DNA of 64,000 nt from Nitrospirota bacterium (lineage in GTDB: Bacteria; Nitrospirota; UBA9217), in NCBI GenBank assembly GCA_035623825.1, contig DASPSR010000062.1, positions 64,001-128,000 on the forward strand, given 5' to 3'. The notes beneath the pieces were generated by a model. It did no database searches, was not told the DNA's origin, and was given only the letters and a program-made list of their open reading frames with translations. The position numbers and the translations under genes are program-made. The first letter of the stretch is position 1. The number at the start of each line of letters is the position of its first letter. Below are positions 1-9,453 of this stretch, piece by piece.

Positions 1-206
1 ACCCCGCGTTGCGTGTGCTGTTCCCCAATCAGGTGATACGGGCTGACAACTTGGCCCGCGCCATGGTGGATATTGCTGTCCGGCAAACAGCGGAGCGCCG
101 AGGCCAAGTTTTCGAGAATCGTGAGATTCGCGCCATGGTCGATTCGCTTCACTCCCCACGCGAATTTTCCCAGATCACAGATCATTTAAAAATAACAACC
201 CAATAA
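1..206 (+). CDS. C-terminal part of a probable NAD-dependent epimerase/oxidoreductase (5' end outside window)
   Basis: Ends LARAMVDIA...VFENREIR, resembling the tail of NAD(P)-binding epimerase-like proteins. Confidence 0.45.
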   Translation, partial: PALRVLFPNQVIRADNLARAMVDIAVRQTAERRGQVFENREIRAMVDSLHSPREFSQITDHLKITTQ

Positions 207-897
207 CCACTTTCCTAACCATCCTTTTCTTGTTGTGGGCCCCCAAATTGTGGCACTGTGAGTTGCATCCAGACATTGTCGGCTTATAGCGCTGATTTTT
301 TTTCTTGTAACTGATACTGGTTGTCATTTCGAATGCCTATACATCCATGGCCTCTCGTTACCACCCTAGAACAGGCAAGCAGAAAAAAACGGTTTCTGAA
401 AAAGCATCTGTGTATATCTGCCTGGTCTGGCAACGAGTTCATCAATTTCATTATAACTGAAGCGCAAACCTGCTCGTTCCCAATACTGCTCTGGTCAATG
501 CACATCTTCAAAATATCTCATTTTTCAAGCGGGGGGACGTCCTACGAAAAAAGGGGTATGTTAAAAAAGTAGTCGGAGCAATTTACACACGTTGTTGATA
601 TAACGATGCAGCAAAATGTGAGATTGTTTACGGTATCCACGTGATTTATTGTATTTGTTTTAGTTATTGTTGAGATTTAGGCAATGGCGGCTGCTCATTG
701 TAACACAATGGGCACAGTCGCATTTTTTAACACGCTATTGCAATCACAAAAACCCACATAATAATTAAATTATATTTCAACGTCTTTGTATAAGCTTTCA
801 TAACGGCATACTTTATGCTTGATAGTATATTTTCTACTATATACCTTAATAATAAAAAATAAAAGCCAAGCCAAGATTTTTCAAATGAGGAAATTCT

Positions 898-1173
898 ATG
901 ATGATCCATGTCATTTTCGAAAACCAGCGCCACGGTTATATAGAGGCTTCCCGCTTTGATGATCTTATTACGACTTTTCCGATTGCGTCCTTTCGACGTC
1001 GTGGCAGATGGATACGTGTAGGTATTGACCCCATGCGATCATTGAATGCAGATTCTCTCGCTAGACCAAACGGGAAAGAGCGAAGACATTCATACAGTGC
1101 ATTAGAAAAGAAGCATAAAGCGACCGTCGAAGCCGCGGATATCCTTGCTCCCAATCTCAGACAGTCATTATAA
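898..1173 (+). CDS. GSU3473-like small hypothetical protein
   Basis: MIHVIF...IASFRRRGRWIRVGIDPMR...ERR pattern; GAGGA RBS upstream. Confidence 0.7.
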   Translation: MMIHVIFENQRHGYIEASRFDDLITTFPIASFRRRGRWIRVGIDPMRSLNADSLARPNGKERRHSYSALEKKHKATVEAADILAPNLRQSL

Positions 1174-1531
1174 TTAAAAAAAGATAGCACCATTAGTGCT
1201 GTCCTCATGTACCATTTATCCTATCGAGAAAATTAATTTTCTTTTTGCGCAAGCTTTATTCACGATTTTTTCCCATATATCCTCCTTTTATTCAGTCATA
1301 GAAGGGTGGAGCTATTAAAATTCATGAACATTCTTGTTTTTAGACCAACTGGAGATGAAAAGATTGAATGGGCAATAGGGTAACTTTCCGTGCGCATAAA
1401 ATCCTGAGCGACAGATGTCCTTTCGTAAATCTTGTAGTACATGTTGTGGTCGGCCTAAAGAATCGTTCCTGATTTTCCAGTAGATCATATGTGCGGTATA
1501 AGATATGAGACTAAGTTTGAGGAGGTGCATT

Positions 1532-1777
1532 ATGAATAAAATAATGAAGTGCAAGGAAACCCGCGATATCGGGCATTACAGACAGGATAAGGGCCTTTAC
1601 AGGCTGCCGGCCTACGTCTTTGATCTGGACGTGGACTACTGCGACAAGGATCGCGAAGAGTGGATCTGGAGCATCGGCCAGAACCACGAGACCGGAGAAA
1701 TATGGGCAGCCGCCGACATGCGGTACCACGGGAACCCACTGTTCGCGTGCCTATATCGGCGTGAAAAATCGTTATAG
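1532..1777 (+). CDS. Hypothetical protein with REEWIWSIG motif
   Basis: GGAGG RBS before ATG 1532; locally GC-richer, coding-like stretch. Confidence 0.6.
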   Translation: MNKIMKCKETRDIGHYRQDKGLYRLPAYVFDLDVDYCDKDREEWIWSIGQNHETGEIWAAADMRYHGNPLFACLYRREKSL

Positions 1778-2284
1778 GATATTGAAAGTCTTGGAAAGGA
1801 CCTCTAGATGGAGATAGCAGGTTAGCCATAATATAATGCATCCAGGGTGGAATAGGCTTCGCAAGCCGAACGGTCTGCACTCTACTGTCCTCGCGCGAAG
1901 AGATGCGCAGGCAGATGAATGCAGACGTTATAGAAATATAGGTTCTACCCATTGCCCTGATACATCGTACTTGGGGAACCAAGACAGGTTCGAACTTATG
2001 CCTAGTACAACAGGTATTTCATACGCTTCCTAATCGAGTACGGCTCTTGAGTCTTAGGTTGCATTAGCAAATGCCATGAAGCAGAAGTAGGCAATTCAAA
2101 TCTTACGGGGGCTCATTTTATCTTCCTTGAGTTATTGTGGTTGAAGTTCTCCAAAACTCCAAAACTGCTTCTGAGCTATTGTTCTTGACTGACACACCGG
2201 CATGTTTTTGTTTCGAAATGAGCAAAACAGTGAAATGCTGTAGCTGGATTTACCCACGAAATCGCAAGCGAAAGGGATGCAGGT

Positions 2285-2962
2285 ATGTTTAACCCAAATT
2301 TTGTTTTCGACAGCTTCGTATCAACAATGGGCAACAAATTTGCTCGAGCCGCATGCATGACTTTTGCCAGATCATTCAATCCTCCATATAATCCTCTTCT
2401 TCTGTACGGCCCGACCAGCGTCGGGAAAACCCACCTTCTTCATGCCATAGGAAACCAATTTAGGAATTTGAGGCCTTTTGATAAAGTAATCATTGTGACA
2501 GCCGAGGTTATGATGAATGAATTATTAGGGGCTATTAGCAATATTCAGATCGAGCTATTTCGAATAAAATACACAAGCATGGACTTATTGCTTGTGGATG
2601 ATATTCATACCCTGGTTGGGAGAAAATGCACTCAAGAGGAATTGTTCAATATCTTCCAAACGCTCGTCGCAAAAGGAGGACGATTGGCGATGACTAGCTC
2701 AAAATCGCTAAGCGACGTACTAATCTTGTCAGATGAAATGAAATCAAGGATGAAACATAGTCTTATAATCCGGGTTAAACCACCATCTCGGAATGAGGTG
2801 GAGCTGATTCTTTCAAGCAGATTTGCTGCGTCCGTACCGATGGTATCTAAGAATATTATCAAGATGGCAGCGAGCATAGGCTCGGATATTCGCCGCGCTG
2901 AAGGAATGATTAAGCAGATGGTTTTTGTGGATAATCTGGCTGGGTTCATGAAGTCAAAATAG
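2285..2962 (+). CDS. Stand-alone DnaA-family AAA+ ATPase domain (no domain I/II, no DNA-binding domain IV)
   Basis: FDSFV..GN..A, YNPLLLYGPTSVGKTHLLHAIGN (Walker A), LLLVDDI (Walker B), TQEELF; only 225 aa. Confidence 0.85.
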   Translation: MFNPNFVFDSFVSTMGNKFARAACMTFARSFNPPYNPLLLYGPTSVGKTHLLHAIGNQFRNLRPFDKVIIVTAEVMMNELLGAISNIQIELFRIKYTSMDLLLVDDIHTLVGRKCTQEELFNIFQTLVAKGGRLAMTSSKSLSDVLILSDEMKSRMKHSLIIRVKPPSRNEVELILSSRFAASVPMVSKNIIKMAASIGSDIRRAEGMIKQMVFVDNLAGFMKSK

Positions 2963-3310
2963 ATCTGTATTAGTGCAATCTGCTGGCTCCCTCGTATTTC
3001 GACAAAATGTAATTATAAACCTCAATCTTACATCATACCTGTTGTTCGTTTATGCAGAGTCGCGGTAAATTGATAGTTAATTTCTATTCGAAAATTAAGG
3101 CCTGTCGATTAGCAACACAAATGAACGCTCCATCCTGCAAGACGCAAAGGTTACAGATATTGTGGATTATAAGTTTCTTGTCGAATTCGTTAATGCCTTC
3201 TATAATAAATCCAATTCAGCATATTCCGTTCACACCATTGACATCCCTCCGAATTCAGAATATATTTTCAATATATAGCAATAACGTAGCTTAATGTAGG
3301 CCAAATACCA

Positions 3311-3880
3311 ATGCCTGATGGAGACGTAAAAACCGTACGTGATTTGATCTACTACCAATACGCAAAGATCATTGCGAGGCGAGCGTTTTCTGCCCAGGAT
3401 GGGAAAGCCGCTAAAGCACAGTCATACGGATTCATCAAGAAGACATTCAGGGAGCTACAAGCAGGCACGAAGAAGTGGTCTGAGACAATGCGGGAAGACT
3501 GGCAGTTCGTGGAATCAGACAAGAAATGCAGCTATTGCGGCACACAAGAGGATCTGCATAGAGAGCATATCGTCCCGAAATCTCTCAAAATCAAACCTGA
3601 GTGCGGGACCTGCGATACAATACAGAGTATCCACAATCAGGTGTGGGCCTGCAAGAAATGTAACTCGCTCAAGCACACGAAGGGGCTCTATGAGTTCTTC
3701 AAACTGTTATATCCTTCTGAAAAGAAGTTTTACGATCTGATCCCTCCAATCCTGGAGAAAAAATATCTTAAGACAATCTATTGCTGTCATGTATGCGCTG
3801 ACACGCTAGACAAAGTTGGTATTGACGGTGATGCTGAAATAACCGTCCTCGATATCGATTATATTCTTAAGAGGGGTTAG
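3311..3880 (+). CDS. HNH endonuclease
   Basis: CSYCG...EHIVPKS...NQVWACKKCNSLKH. Confidence 0.85.
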   Translation: MPDGDVKTVRDLIYYQYAKIIARRAFSAQDGKAAKAQSYGFIKKTFRELQAGTKKWSETMREDWQFVESDKKCSYCGTQEDLHREHIVPKSLKIKPECGTCDTIQSIHNQVWACKKCNSLKHTKGLYEFFKLLYPSEKKFYDLIPPILEKKYLKTIYCCHVCADTLDKVGIDGDAEITVLDIDYILKRG

Positions 3881-3901
3881 TAGCGTGGAGGGTGCCGTAA
3901 C

Positions 3902-4324
3902 ATGAAGATATTTGAATCAAAGCGCGAGATTGCCGCATCTCCGAACACCGTATTTGATACATTTGAGCAGCCAGAAATTCTGGCCAAATGGTGGGGGCCA
4001 TCTGGTTTCACCAATACCTTTGAGATATTCGATTTCCGTCCAAAGGGGTTGTGGAAATTTGTAATGCACGGTCCTGATGGCAAGAACTATCCCAATGAGT
4101 GCCTATTTGCTGAAATATCTCGTCCAGGCAAGGTCGTGATCCGTCATGAGTCGGAACCAAAGTTTACGCTCACAGTTACTATCGTTGAGTCAGGGTCGGG
4201 ATCTTCTGTGTTCTGGGTACAAGAGTTTGACAGTGAGGAAGTAGCAGAGGCCGTTGCTCATATTGTTCGACCAGCAAATGAGCAGAATCTGGATAGGTTA
4301 GTGGCCATTTTGGTCAGCAGCTAA
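3902..4324 (+). CDS. SRPBCC (AHSA1-like) domain protein
   Basis: LAKWWGPSGFTNT..FDFRPKGLWKFVMHGPDG. Confidence 0.9.
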   Translation: MKIFESKREIAASPNTVFDTFEQPEILAKWWGPSGFTNTFEIFDFRPKGLWKFVMHGPDGKNYPNECLFAEISRPGKVVIRHESEPKFTLTVTIVESGSGSSVFWVQEFDSEEVAEAVAHIVRPANEQNLDRLVAILVSS

Positions 4325-4604
4325 CCCATTGAGCCGACGTTCCTATCGGGCCGCTGTAGAATATGGCTGTTCATGTGCAGTAAACACCTAGAAGGTTTCA
4401 GCGCCGTTGACAAATTCCTCACTGCGGAATACCAGGTGTTGTCGATGAGGATGAGGATCTTAGAAATTATTATTTTTCGGCTATAACTTTCGCTGAGATG
4501 TTCTTCCTATAGCCTTCGTCTTTTATACCTGCAAATGCAACAAAGTGAAAAGTTGCCAATTATGGAAATTGACAACGCTTCTTATCAATGATTAAATATA
4601 ATTG

Positions 4605-4689
4605 ATCCACGATAAAACCAAACCCTCCGTGAGGAAGGCACGGAAAGCAACGGGTCTCGGAAGACAAGACAGCCGAGCTGCCGAAGGAT
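4605..4689 (+). ncRNA. GEMM-I riboswitch, A20 variant (c-AMP-GMP / GEMM-Ib class)
   Basis: ATCCACGATAAAACCAAACC-CTCC-GTGA-GGAAGG-CACGGAAAGC-AACGGGTCT...AGACAGCCGAGCTGCCGAAGGAT; P1 ATCC/GGAT, GNRA-capped P2, P3. Confidence 0.88.
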
Positions 4690-4718
4690 AATGCCCCTTT
4701 GGTATGCTCGGCTTTTTT
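4671..4718 (+). terminator. Intrinsic terminator forming the riboswitch expression platform
   Basis: AGCCGAGC-TGCCGAAGG...CCTTTGGTA-T-GCTCGGCT followed by a T run; overlaps the aptamer 3' strand. Confidence 0.85.
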
Positions 4719-4798
4719 ATTTATCCTCTAACAAGAAAAAAAGCGGAGGCTCTGGTCTCGGCACCAAATTATGAGCGATGATATCACACAAGGGGAAT

Positions 4799-5137
4799 AT
4801 GTTGACGAAGCAATATACAGAAAAGCAGTGGCCTTTTACAGATTCACCCAAGACGGCAGTTTATACAACCCGGGACATCATCGAAAAAGGCAAGCCTATC
4901 CTGACCGTCACACACGATCAAGATGACGGCGCGTGGCAGTTTCACACGTCGATTACCACGTGGGCAACCGATGCAACAATCGTTGCGTTGGAGGAAATCG
5001 TATTCCATGATCCCAGCGTGGTCGGGTTGTCTGACCTTCCCATCGGATGGATGGCAATTCGAGATTCGCGCGGAGAGCCTTGGGTACGGCAGCCGATCCC
5101 ATCGAACGTCACAGCGGGGGTAACGGACGAGGAATGA
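4799..5137 (+). CDS. Hypothetical protein (WPF...HDQDDGAWQF...DLPIGW family)
   Basis: Motif-rich ORF directly downstream of the riboswitch. Confidence 0.7.
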   Translation: MLTKQYTEKQWPFTDSPKTAVYTTRDIIEKGKPILTVTHDQDDGAWQFHTSITTWATDATIVALEEIVFHDPSVVGLSDLPIGWMAIRDSRGEPWVRQPIPSNVTAGVTDEE

Positions 5138-5158
5138 TGACGGCTAGGCGCTGAGAAC

Positions 5159-5554
5159 TTGCCTGTGGTCGCGAGAGGAGGTTCGATCAACGTGCACCTG
5201 AATTTAAGAAACAGCGTAGGGCTAAAAAAGGTCTTTGTGCGAGTGGGGCAACCTGTCCGGTCGCCTGAAGCACAAGAAGGAGACCCATGGTGGTGCCGGA
5301 TTGAAATCGACGGACTCGGGCATAAAAGACTTATGCCAATCGCGGGCGTAGACTCGCTTCGATCTCTTCTTTTAGCCCTACAGTTCGCAAAAAAATGCTG
5401 CCAGAATTTGCCAAAGAAAAAAATGGTCTCATTTACTGGTTATCAAAGTGGAGCGGGGGAGATTATTCAAGTACTACGGCAGTGGCCCCTGCGCTTCATA
5501 AAACAGCGTTGCTTCGATTGCTCGAGAAACAGAGGCAGAACGGGACCCGGTAGT
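5159..5554 (+). pseudogene. DUF6968-like gene, frameshifted at an A7 run
   Basis: WWCRIEIDGLG...GVDSLRSLLLAL motif; a protein-like C-terminus (MLPEFAKEKNGLIYWL) lies in the -1 frame after A7 at 5389-5395; no clear start. Confidence 0.55.
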
Positions 5555-6039
5555 GTAATATCAGGTTCGCAGTCTGAGATAACCTGAGCTAAATATATAC
5601 CACTTGTCACTCAACCTGAACTCCTTCGTCCAATCCAGACACTTTTTTTCAATCCTCGCGAGTTCTAAAAATCATCTGTTTAACCATGCCTTCAACGCTG
5701 AAGAAAATTATTTTACAGTGAACTGGATGCAATACTGATCCATGCGGTAGGCCGGCACTGCTCGCCAATCCGCGAATCGAACGAACTATTGCATCATCGA
5801 CCACCTGAAGTGCATCGAATAACAACTATTTCATGCATTGTTGAGGGTGAATTGGTCAAATTAAAATTCTCAATTCTTGCATAATTGCGCCACATTTGCT
5901 CGATATAGTATCAGCATGAAAAGGTGGTCAGCCAGAGATCCTGTCGAGGCGAGAATGGAGGTGAAGATGTCGAAATACACCGGCGGACGGCCTTCATGAG
6001 TGACGAACAAGTCAACCTTATTGCAAAGGAGATATTCAG

Positions 6040-6606
6040 ATGAAAAAGATGATGATCGTTGTAGTTACGGGTTTAATGTTCCTGGGCTTAGCATCTCAAC
6101 GCTCGTACGCGGATCCGTGCGGATGCGGTGGGATGGGCATGCCTGGGGGAAGTCAGATGATGCATCACGGCCCGGGTTTCAGGAATGGCTCGCACGGAGG
6201 CGGCCACTTCCTCTGGAAAAAACTCATGGGACTCGGTCTGAGTGATCAGCAGATAGACACTCTGAAGGAGATCAAGACCAGGGTAACAAAGGACACTATC
6301 AAAAAGAGAGCAGACCTCCAATTGGCGAGAGTGGATTTGAGAGAGCTTCTTCGCAAGGATCCTGTCGATATGAAGGCGGTCGAAGCAAGCTTGAAGAAAA
6401 TCGAATCCGCGAGTACCGATCTCAAGCTCAGCCATATCAAGGCACGGGAGGAGATGAAGGCCGTCCTCACGCCCGAGCAGAGGAAAAAGCTTAAAGAGGA
6501 GATCAAGGCCGGTTTCAAGATGCATCAAGGAAGGTATGGCCACGCGGAAGACTCCTCGCCAGTTGTTGCAAAAGATGAGGCGCAGTCCGGGACGGATGCA
6601 GAGTAA
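6040..6606 (+). CDS. Spy/CpxP-family periplasmic protein
   Basis: Signal peptide, Gly/Met/His-rich linker, LGLSDQQ and VLTPEQ motifs. Confidence 0.9.
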   Translation: MKKMMIVVVTGLMFLGLASQRSYADPCGCGGMGMPGGSQMMHHGPGFRNGSHGGGHFLWKKLMGLGLSDQQIDTLKEIKTRVTKDTIKKRADLQLARVDLRELLRKDPVDMKAVEASLKKIESASTDLKLSHIKAREEMKAVLTPEQRKKLKEEIKAGFKMHQGRYGHAEDSSPVVAKDEAQSGTDAE

Positions 6607-6639
6607 TTACGACTTTGCCGGCCCATCTGCGAAGAAGCC

Positions 6640-6969
6640 ATGAGAAAAGCAATATACCTACTTATTGTAATCATGCTCCTGCTTGCTGCTAGCGCACTGC
6701 CCGCTTCTGCATACTGGCGGGGCGGCATCTGGATTGGCCCCGTATGGGGTCCGTGGTGGGGCCCCCCGGCGTATCCATATCCATACTATGGGTCGCCGCC
6801 CGTCGTGGTTCAGCAGCAGCCTCCAGCATACGAGGGGCAGGCGCCGCAGCAAGAGCAACAGCAATATTACTGGTATTATTGCCCGGAATCCAAGACCTAC
6901 TACCCGTACGTGAAACAATGTCCTGGCGGCTGGCTCAAGGTTGTTCCTGCCCCGTCCCAGCCAGAGTAG
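6640..6969 (+). CDS. Secreted Pro/Tyr-rich small protein
   Basis: Signal peptide; YWYYC...YYPYVKQCPGGWLKV C-terminus. Confidence 0.8.
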   Translation: MRKAIYLLIVIMLLLAASALPASAYWRGGIWIGPVWGPWWGPPAYPYPYYGSPPVVVQQQPPAYEGQAPQQEQQQYYWYYCPESKTYYPYVKQCPGGWLKVVPAPSQPE

Positions 6970-7066
6970 AGGGTGGTAGGGGATTGGCCACGATGAGGAC
7001 GTATTCGCCGCAGCATCCTCTTACCGCTTGCACTGCCGCTGGCAGAAACCTGAGGAGGTGTTATTT

Positions 7067-7573
7067 ATGAGAAAATCGATCTTTTCTAGAATCAATCTTG
7101 CTGCACTGGCAGCGTTTCTTCTCTTTGCACCCGTAATAGGTTACGCAGAAGTCAATGTCGGCGTTACAATCGCCCTGCCACCATTAGTGATACCAGCGCC
7201 CCCTGCCATGGTCGTGATACCTGGATCCTACGTATATTATCCACCTGACTTAAGAGAAGACATTTTCTTTTATCACAATTACTGGTATAGAGCGTATCGA
7301 GGACAGTGGTTCAGATCCAGAGACTATAATGGCCCATGGCATAACGTTGCAATCGAAAGGGTACCCCGTGCGGTTGTCGGGATACCGCCTGACTTCCGAC
7401 GCGGCCCCGTCGTTTATGAGCGCGTTCCCTATGCAGATGTCAGGAGAAACTGGAAGTCATGGGAGAACGAACGCCACTGGGACAGGGAGCGATACGAGAA
7501 AAAGGAGTACCATCATGAGGGTGAAGGGAGAGGAGAGCGAAGCGAACACGAACATGAATATGAACGATATTGA
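7067..7573 (+). CDS. Secreted Pro/aromatic-rich protein with His/Glu-rich tail
   Basis: GAGGAGG RBS; signal peptide; FFYHNYWYR...YNGPW. Confidence 0.8.
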   Translation: MRKSIFSRINLAALAAFLLFAPVIGYAEVNVGVTIALPPLVIPAPPAMVVIPGSYVYYPPDLREDIFFYHNYWYRAYRGQWFRSRDYNGPWHNVAIERVPRAVVGIPPDFRRGPVVYERVPYADVRRNWKSWENERHWDRERYEKKEYHHEGEGRGERSEHEHEYERY

Positions 7574-7869
7574 AAGATAAGTTGTATCCGATCAGTGCGG
7601 GTGGTGAAGACATTTGACGAGGCTGCTGTTGATGTACTCCATCGAGTGCTGGGTTCGCCCCATGAATTCCCAGGAAGGAATCAAGAAGCTGCACAATTAG
7701 TCCGTCTTCAGCGGGAGGAGTCTCACACCCGCCATGATTCGTTTCGAAATGCATGCCTCATGTTCGTGACTTGTGATCAGTAATATAGAATGGCGAAGTG
7801 CATGGCACGGCAAGAGATTGTTTGCAGTATCGACTTCCCAAGATCCAAAGAATCTTGCAAGGAGCGAAT

Positions 7870-8271
7870 ATGAAAACAGGTTCGGAGGCTGAGACCATTC
7901 TCGTGGTGGATGATGACCCTGAAAGCCTCATGGTGTACAGCGAGATCCTCAGCGATTCGGGATACAGAGTGATTGCGCAGACAGACGGGGCGTCGGCTCT
8001 TGCAGCGGTCCAGGAGGTTTCAAGTATCGACCTCGTCATTACCGGCTACAGGATGCCCGATATGAGCGGCTTTGTCCTCATCGAGGAACTGCGAAAAGTT
8101 ATGCCCGCTGTGCAGACGATCATGCTTACCGAGCATGGGAACATAGAGATGTATTTCCGTTCCAGGGACCTCGGGGTGTTTGAGTTTGTGAATAAACCCG
8201 TAAGGAAGACGGAGTTCGAGCGGATCGTCCGTGCAGCCATCGAGAAATCGCGGACCACTGCATCATGCTGA
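7870..8271 (+). CDS. Single-domain response regulator with phospho-acceptor Asp replaced by Gly
   Basis: ILVVDDD, DLVITGYRMP (canonical ITD), FVNKP. Confidence 0.85.
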   Translation: MKTGSEAETILVVDDDPESLMVYSEILSDSGYRVIAQTDGASALAAVQEVSSIDLVITGYRMPDMSGFVLIEELRKVMPAVQTIMLTEHGNIEMYFRSRDLGVFEFVNKPVRKTEFERIVRAAIEKSRTTASC

Positions 8272-8419
8272 GAGTGTGGGAATGTCGTAACGAACGGGTC
8301 TTTTTTATTGTAAAGCAAAAAACGATCGCAAATTGAAGAATAAAGGAAGGTGATCAGTATACGTAAACAAAAGCGCCCGAGACGGAGCCGCTCGCCGGCA
8401 GGCCCCGCATAGGCTCTCA

Positions 8420-8926
8420 TCAAAGTCCTGTTGCCGCACCTTCTTTTGCCTTGCGTCGTTCATACACTTCTTGTTGCTTCACCATTTCCTTCGAGCGCAA
8501 CCATCCAACTCCTTTGTCATTTTTTGTGTGATCTAAGGAGATAACGGTTTTATTGCTTGACCAATAAAAACTATCGAGATAGGGGTCAGACTGGGCCCCA
8601 AATTTCTCAAACGCGGCGGATTTTAAACCTTCCCAATTATAGTTTCCAACCACAAAAACTCCAACACTGAAGAGTTTATCACGCCAGAATCCGTATACTA
8701 TTTTTTCCGCTGTTGCGCTCCCTATATGCAGATCTTCATCCTTTCTCGTGTAGAACGTGATGCCCCCGTGACTGGGGTCGGTAGAGTCATAAACTAAGTC
8801 AGAAAAGGTGCTAATGTCCTGGCCCCATACCATATTGCGAAAACCGCCTGGTGTTGACGTGGCACATGCGCTAAACAATATGGCGCATAGAATCACATTC
8901 AGTATCATCGTCTCATGCTTATGCAT
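8420..8926 (-). CDS. Putative lipoprotein
   Basis: Lipobox LFSAC; GFRNMVWG motif; GAGG RBS. Confidence 0.75.
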   Translation of the reverse strand: MHKHETMILNVILCAILFSACATSTPGGFRNMVWGQDISTFSDLVYDSTDPSHGGITFYTRKDEDLHIGSATAEKIVYGFWRDKLFSVGVFVVGNYNWEGLKSAAFEKFGAQSDPYLDSFYWSSNKTVISLDHTKNDKGVGWLRSKEMVKQQEVYERRKAKEGAATGL

Positions 8927-9377
8927 CTATATTGAACCTCCGCAGGTGAAATTAACTTCGGCGCTCCGTCATATGCAAAATAAGTCTACAATAAAGCCCT
9001 CGAAAAGTAAAGCCCCACGTTAACCCAGACGCTTCAGTACCGCAGTGTCCATCTCATGGCGTTTTGACCGTCCAAGCGCAGCTGCCTCGTGTCGTTCCAT
9101 GCTTTACGGTACAGCCGAGTCGTGCATGATTGCGGCCATCCGCCCCTCTGGTCTCAATGAGCATCGTTTGAGACTATCACGGCCCGTTATCGCTCAGTGA
9201 AAACTGCTGCCCTTCGCTGCGGTAATTTCCTGTGGGAATGAATTTGGCGAAGGGATCGAATAGGCACTCTTTGTGCGGGTCGAAGGAATTGCGAGATCCG
9301 GCCGGTCCTTTCGGTCAAGCCCTGCAGGCCCCTATTCCTTTTTTCATGCTTTTCCCAAAAAAACAAAAAGAAAAAGG

Positions 9378-9406
9378 TTGACAACACAAATAATTATGTT
9401 TATTAT
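9378..9406 (+). promoter_or_regulatory. Sigma70 promoter for the pgsA operon
   Basis: TTGACA-17-TATTAT. Confidence 0.7.
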
Positions 9407-9453
9407 AAATATAAAAGTGCCTTGTTTATCTGCGAGTTTGCTATGGGGTGCCG

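Noticed and set aside
252-268. Sigma54 promoter TGGCAC...TTGCA
   Set aside because: GG-to-GC spacing is 11 nt, not the required 10
2285-3310. The chromosomal dnaA/oriC locus
   Set aside because: The protein lacks domains I and IV, and dnaN, recF, gyrB and rpmH are absent
9030-9340. Structured ncRNA (SRP, 6S, RNase P, tmRNA) in the gap before pgsA
   Set aside because: Some short hairpins but no recognisable family motif; an Rfam scan would be needed
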